Positions 59,259 to 64,000 of a DNA stretch of 64,000 bases are shown here, one piece after another (within the stretch, counting starts at the first letter, position 1; the number at the start of each line of letters is the position of its first letter). The stretch comes from a virus. The notes below the pieces were generated by a model. It saw only the letters and a program-made list of their open reading frames with translations. It was not told where the DNA came from and searched no databases. The DNA is taken from IMG/VR virus record IMGVR_UViG_3300025732_000019; one strand, written 5' to 3'. Made by a program: the position numbers and the translations under genes.

Positions 59259-60585
59259 CTGTATGATCTCCATGATCAGAATAATCACCGTGGGGAACGT
59301 CATCGTGCGTATGGGGCTGTGTATCCGTATGATCGCCGTGCTGGTCACCGTGCTTCGTCGCGGGTGTGGTGCTCGATGACGGCTGCGTGTACTTACTCAA
59401 ATATGGCGTTTCTTCTTGCGACCATGCGGCGTACATCTGCGCTTCAATTTCTGTGCGCTTGGGGTGCTCGGAAAACGGCACTTCACCCGCGGCGCGAAGT
59501 CGTCGTGCGCCTTCCGCAAATAGACGCTTGAAGGTGCCGCAGTACGTGGAGCGCATGCGCCAATCGTGATTCGCGCCTTCACCGGGGCATTGCCCGTAAC
59601 ACATGAGCCAATATTCACATCCCTGACATCCACCGTATTCCTGCGGCGTGACATACAACGCAAGTTGTCGTTCAAAATGTCGAGCACCGGGATGACCGAT
59701 AAACGTTGAAGCACCGTTTTTCGTGCCGCATCCTTCGGCCGGCAACCAGTTTTGACCATCCTTATTGGTGCGTGAACAATGCGACGGCGAACCATCATTC
59801 TCAATACCATTTACTGCACTGGTATTCCACGGGTCGCAAGGTTTCCAATGACATACGACTGAATCTCCGTTCCCGCGCTGGAGTTTCAGGATCTCGTCAA
59901 ACTTGGAGATGCGCAACTGTTTGAATGAAGGCAGGATATTCCAGATCTCAATCAGCCGATCTGCAATCTCCTCACTAGGAAGATACAGTTCGTGCGCTTT
60001 ATGATCCATCTCCATCAAATGCATATTGACATGACGCACACCCATTGTGTCTAGTTCGTGCAACCATTCAAGAAATCGAGGAAAGCGATCCGCTCGGCAG
60101 TTGCCGGCATGCAGCGTCACGATCAAACTGGGGAGTAAATGCGGAGTGGTGACCGCGCGGCCGCAGAGTTCTTTCAATGCCCACATGGTACGTTGTGTCT
60201 GTTTTCGTGTCGCCTCTAAAGTGCCTGCCCATCGACTATCGTTCAGTTCATCGGGGCCATCCATTGAGATGCCCACATGCGTGTTATATTTGATGAAGAG
60301 TTCGATGTGTTTTTCGGTAATGAGCGACGCATTCGTTTGCACACCCGAATGGCCAAAACGTGTGTGCGCGATCTGTAACAGTTCGTCTAGATCTTTGAGA
60401 GAAAGAATGAGAGCTTCGCCCCCAAACAAGGAGAAGTATTCGTCCGGCTTGAGCTTGTCGATGGCTGCAAGCACGGCCTTACGGTCATACTTGTGAGATT
60501 TTTGCACATTGCGCATTTCCGTTTCGTAACAATACTTGCATTGTATGTTGCACGTAACACCTACAGGTCTAACTTCAATACTCAT
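59242..60585 (-). CDS. radical SAM/SPASM maturase with His-x-Asp tail
   Basis: CNIQCKYC, GGE, QTN, ISMDG; SPASM C...C...CQGCEYWLMCYGQC...YC. Confidence 0.92.
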   Translation of the reverse strand: MSIEVRPVGVTCNIQCKYCYETEMRNVQKSHKYDRKAVLAAIDKLKPDEYFSLFGGEALILSLKDLDELLQIAHTRFGHSGVQTNASLITEKHIELFIKYNTHVGISMDGPDELNDSRWAGTLEATRKQTQRTMWALKELCGRAVTTPHLLPSLIVTLHAGNCRADRFPRFLEWLHELDTMGVRHVNMHLMEMDHKAHELYLPSEEIADRLIEIWNILPSFKQLRISKFDEILKLQRGNGDSVVCHWKPCDPWNTSAVNGIENDGSPSHCSRTNKDGQNWLPAEGCGTKNGASTFIGHPGARHFERQLALYVTPQEYGGCQGCEYWLMCYGQCPGEGANHDWRMRSTYCGTFKRLFAEGARRLRAAGEVPFSEHPKRTEIEAQMYAAWSQEETPYLSKYTQPSSSTTPATKHGDQHGDHTDTQPHTHDDVPHGDYSDHGDHTDVNKR

Positions 60586-60601
60586 AATAAACTACTTTCT
60601 C

Positions 60602-61261
60602 CTATGAACCTACGTAGACGGGTTGATCGTTATGTGCGACGTCACTGTGTGTGTCGTCATGAGAGGAACTATCGCTATGCACAGAATCCGTATGCACATC
60701 GACGTGCCCATCGCTGAAATAATCGGCATGATCCGCATGATTGTCGGTATGAGTGTCACCATAATCTGTATGCCACTCTGGCGCATCGTTGTGAAAATAC
60801 GTATCGGTATGTACGTCATCATGATACGAGTCGGAATAGTCTGTATGAGATGAATAATAATCGTCGTGATCACTATAGCCGGCCGCGTCGCCATGACTTA
60901 CACTATCACTATGTGAGTCAGTGTGTGCAATATCATCATGCACCGCATACTCATAGTTATTGTTCCCGATAATCCGCAGTTGTACGTTTCCAGTGGAGGC
61001 ACTCGTGCCTCCGCTATTCGACACCCAAATAGAACCCGCAATAGCGCCTGTGCGGTTCGCAATCGATGTGACGTTGAGTGTGCGGGCAAACCCACTGGCA
61101 TCAACATAGCGAAGATTGGTGCCTTCCACCCACAACGAACCCACAATAGCACCAGATGCTAAACCGGTATTGCTGCCAATCGCGTACCACTCGACACCAG
61201 ATGCATCGATGTAATGTACGGTGTTTCCGGCGACCCAAATGCTACCTGCTGTTTTTGCCAT
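60602..61261 (-). CDS. His-x-Asp repeat protein 2 (19 HxD)
   Basis: GS[I/L]WV x3 N-terminal domain plus HxD/YxD repeat region. Confidence 0.85.
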   Translation of the reverse strand: MAKTAGSIWVAGNTVHYIDASGVEWYAIGSNTGLASGAIVGSLWVEGTNLRYVDASGFARTLNVTSIANRTGAIAGSIWVSNSGGTSASTGNVQLRIIGNNNYEYAVHDDIAHTDSHSDSVSHGDAAGYSDHDDYYSSHTDYSDSYHDDVHTDTYFHNDAPEWHTDYGDTHTDNHADHADYFSDGHVDVHTDSVHSDSSSHDDTHSDVAHNDQPVYVGS

Positions 61262-61265
61262 AATC

Positions 61266-61982
61266 TTATCCTACGTAGACGGGCTGATCGTTATGCGCAA
61301 CGTCACTGTGCGTCACATCCGCATGTGCCACATCGTTGTGTGTGGCACTATCGCTATGTGAATCGCTATGCACAGAATCCGTATGCGAATCGACGTGCCC
61401 ATCGTTGAAATAATCGCCATGATCGGCGTGATTATCGGTATGAGAGTCGCCATAATCTTCATGATACTCCGGCGCATCGTTGTGATAATATGTATCGGTG
61501 TGCGAGTCATCATGATACGAGTCGGAATAGTCTGTATGAGATGAATAATAATCATTGTGATCACTATAGCCGGCAGTATCACTATGTGAATCGTAATGAG
61601 TTACGCTATCGGTGTGCGTAATGTCGCTATGCGGCACATCGGTATGCGACACATCATCATGCACTGCATACTCGTAATTATTGGTGCCGATGATGCGAAG
61701 TTGCACATTACCGGTATTCGCGCTGGTGCCCGAGGTGTTCGACACCCATAGCGACCCCGCGACAGAATTAGCGCGGCTCGCAATCGTCGCGACATTCAGT
61801 GTGCGCTTGTATTGGTTCTCGTCGATGTACGCGAGATTACTGTTTTCGACCCAGATGGAACCGGCGACCGCATTCGAGACAAGACCTGTATTGCTCCCAA
61901 TCGCATACCATTCAACGCCCGAAGCGTCAATATAATGAAACGTGTTTCCGGATACCCACACACTGCCTGCGGTCTTAGCCAT
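61266..61982 (-). CDS. His-x-Asp repeat protein 1 (23 HxD)
   Basis: Paralog of 60602-61261. Confidence 0.85.
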   Translation of the reverse strand: MAKTAGSVWVSGNTFHYIDASGVEWYAIGSNTGLVSNAVAGSIWVENSNLAYIDENQYKRTLNVATIASRANSVAGSLWVSNTSGTSANTGNVQLRIIGTNNYEYAVHDDVSHTDVPHSDITHTDSVTHYDSHSDTAGYSDHNDYYSSHTDYSDSYHDDSHTDTYYHNDAPEYHEDYGDSHTDNHADHGDYFNDGHVDSHTDSVHSDSHSDSATHNDVAHADVTHSDVAHNDQPVYVG

Positions 61983-61984
61983 GA

Positions 61985-63697
61985 TTATGTTGTCGCGTAC
62001 TTATTCGCACCTACCGGCACGACGAGTCTTCCGGAAGTCGTGTCACATCGCACGATACCGTTGGCGCTGACAGAGCCGGCACTCCCGCTGACGCGAAGCA
62101 ATTCAAGTAATGATTGATTGTCTGTATTTGCAGTGCCCACATATCCGATGATGACGTTGCCTGCATCCGCACGCAGTACCGCACCAGCACGTGTGCCGCG
62201 TGTGCGATAGGTATCGCTGTTGGTACCGGCTTCGCAGTTGAATGCGATGAAAGGCGCGCCAGTGGTTTCACTGCCAATAACGGACTGAAACCCATCGTTG
62301 GCCGCGCCGAACTCCATTGACGACCCGCTGCGTCGCACACTCAGGAGTGCGCTGGTGACGGAACCGTTCACCGCAGCATTTCCCACATAGACACCTGTGC
62401 TGTTCGCAACGATCAGGTTCGCGCCTATTGTGGTGTTGCCCGATACGGTAAGTGTACTGAGAGTACCAAGACCGGTGATGCCGGTATACGCACCCGACAA
62501 CTGCGCGTTGGCCAATGTGCCCGTAGTAATGTTCGTCGCGTTCGTATAGTAGGAAGCGGCTTGACCATTGAGATACGTGGTGTTATTCGCCGAATACGAT
62601 GTACCCGTAAACACGGTAGAGTTGACGACAGCGCCATTCAACCCGATACTGCCTGCGGTAATCGCGGTGTTGACGGAACTGTTGCCAACAAAGTACGCGG
62701 ACACATTCAACGAGACGTTTGCGCCCAGCGATACGCTACTGACGAGCAGCGCGGAACTATTCAGACTGGTATTGACAGAGGAGTTTCCAAGTGTGAGTAC
62801 ACTGCCGGTAAACGACAGGTTCGCTGATGCATCAATCGCGTTGGTGCTGGTGTTCCAATATTGCACCGCACCATTTCCACCTGCGCTACTTCCACCCGAG
62901 ACGGTACTCCAATACGCAGTCGTTCCATTTGACGTGAGCACCTGTCCAGAAGTGCCAGTGCTACCATTAGCAGTAATGGTTCGATCTACGGGCACCACGA
63001 GGCCCGTCGTAATCGCGGAAGACGTAATCGTCGTATTGACGCTACTGTTCCCTATGACAATCGCTGACGTGTTACTGACCACATTCGCGCCGACGGCCAG
63101 TGCTGTAGTATTGGCCACGACGTTGCCTGTCGTCACGGTTGTGAATGACGGAGTGTCCGAGATCGAAACCGCAACGCTTCCCGATGATGCATTGACGGAG
63201 ATTGGTAGTTGCCCAGCAAGTGCGGTGACACCAAGATTCGTGATGACGCCGGTGCTGTTACTATAGCCAATACCCGCACCATTGCTTACCGCGGCACGTG
63301 CGCGAGTATCGGTATAGTATTGATTGGTGCCTTCGGGAACAGCCGTCGTATTGATCGCGGCGCCATTGAGAGTGAGTGTGCCACTGACCGTCAGATTACC
63401 GGTACTTGTGTTTGTGCTCACATTCAATGTGGCAATTGATGCGTTTCCGCTGACGACCAGCGCGACGGTATTGATCGTGGCGTTGACAGTTAGATTGGCG
63501 TTTGCAGAGGTGTTTCCACGCAGACTCGTCGTCGCGAGAACCGTCAGCGTATTCGTCGTGATCTGCTCGACGACCAAATTACCGGAGATGTCACCAATTT
63601 TCAATACATTCGTGTTGAGTTCCGTCGCTACCGCATTGACGGTTGTGACAAGATCTTCGAACGTATTTGCAAGTGTCAGTGGATCGATAGTGGCCAT
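61985..63697 (-). CDS. fibre-like virion protein
   Basis: VPEGTNQYYTDTRARAA, GTSGQVLTSNG, YLNGQAASYY fibre motifs. Confidence 0.8.
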   Translation of the reverse strand: MATIDPLTLANTFEDLVTTVNAVATELNTNVLKIGDISGNLVVEQITTNTLTVLATTSLRGNTSANANLTVNATINTVALVVSGNASIATLNVSTNTSTGNLTVSGTLTLNGAAINTTAVPEGTNQYYTDTRARAAVSNGAGIGYSNSTGVITNLGVTALAGQLPISVNASSGSVAVSISDTPSFTTVTTGNVVANTTALAVGANVVSNTSAIVIGNSSVNTTITSSAITTGLVVPVDRTITANGSTGTSGQVLTSNGTTAYWSTVSGGSSAGGNGAVQYWNTSTNAIDASANLSFTGSVLTLGNSSVNTSLNSSALLVSSVSLGANVSLNVSAYFVGNSSVNTAITAGSIGLNGAVVNSTVFTGTSYSANNTTYLNGQAASYYTNATNITTGTLANAQLSGAYTGITGLGTLSTLTVSGNTTIGANLIVANSTGVYVGNAAVNGSVTSALLSVRRSGSSMEFGAANDGFQSVIGSETTGAPFIAFNCEAGTNSDTYRTRGTRAGAVLRADAGNVIIGYVGTANTDNQSLLELLRVSGSAGSVSANGIVRCDTTSGRLVVPVGANKYATT

Positions 63698-63702
63698 ACC
63701 GA

Positions 63703-63709
63703 TATTTAG
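63703..63709 (-). promoter_or_regulatory. late promoter heading the fibre-HxD-rSAM-MTase operon
   Basis: CTAAATA, 5 nt from the ATG. Confidence 0.65.
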
Positions 63710-63802
63710 AAGACTGCACGGGACACCCCCGACGAATGGCTGTTTGGGATGTCCGATGAGTTGGATGTAGAATACTTCGTGGAAATGCTTACCAACGAGT
63801 AG

Positions 63803-64000
63803 TTAGGCCAATGCGAGAAGTGCCGCGGTGATCTCCGCGGCTCGTGCCTCACTCAACAAGTTCTTTCCCACCAGCATCGTAAAAATCTGCGTGATACGCG
63901 GGTCTGCGAGATTAATGCGATCCGCGAGATTGAACTGCGTAATCGCCCAGAATACTTCTGCATCATTATAGGGGGCGTCTGCGGTCGGATGATACTTATT
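63803..64000 (-). CDS. partial hypothetical protein (C-terminus), fibre-associated type
   Basis: ...ADRINLADPRITQIFTMLVGKNLLSEARAAEI...*. Confidence 0.55.
   Translation of the reverse strand, partial: NKYHPTADAPYNDAEVFWAITQFNLADRINLADPRITQIFTMLVGKNLLSEARAAEITAALLALA

Noticed and set aside
59259-59348. Upstream extension of the methyltransferase ORF (start 59348 in the ORF track)
   Set aside because: It is an alternative frame of the rSAM HxD tail; ATG 59258 has a good SD.
59242-60585. Anaerobic sulfatase maturase, or a QueE/NrdG-type enzyme
   Set aside because: No sulfatase, queuosine-pathway genes or NrdD in the window; the SPASM domain, HxD tail and neighbours point to peptide substrates, though this is not formally excluded.
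60602-61982. CRISPR array or DGR template/variable repeat pair
   Set aside because: The repeats are coding and vary at codon level; differences are not adenine-specific; no reverse transcriptase or cas genes in the window.
62568-63770. Long + strand ORFs opposite fibre genes (also 56548-57261, 44771-45379)
   Set aside because: Antisense shadows of low-complexity coding sequence, with no SD or motifs.

Overview
This window is a 64 kb segment of a large T4-like myophage genome, about 50% GC, standard genetic code, host unknown. The + strand (1-33 kb) carries replication and metabolism genes: gp43, UvsX, gp41, gp61, ThyX, class II RNR, RuvC-like resolvase, gp33, gp59 and gp32. It also carries many accessory ORFs, tRNA-Ser, tRNA-Leu, a degenerate tRNA-Asp and a circularly permuted two-piece tmRNA. 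The - strand (33-64 kb) carries Dps, Hsp20, a DNA methyltransferase, gp46/47/55, UvsW/Y, gp3 and the gp13-gp23 head/neck/tail module. The most striking feature is a tightly coupled late cassette (57.9-62 kb) between two paralogous fibre genes. It encodes two paralogous proteins with 19 and 23 His-x-Asp repeats, a radical SAM/SPASM enzyme with its own His-x-Asp tail, and a Cys-motif (DUF483-like)/SAM-methyltransferase fusion. This looks like a phage-encoded, RiPP/triceptide-like system that may modify virion proteins. Other signals are a CTAAATA late promoter that seems to yield leaderless mRNAs, a ROSE-like thermometer upstream of Hsp20, a PBP-lysozyme fusion, N-x-S/T-rich fibres, probable protease-processed capsid-internal proteins and a candidate origin. 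All calls come from motif recognition and gene order; no database searches were run.
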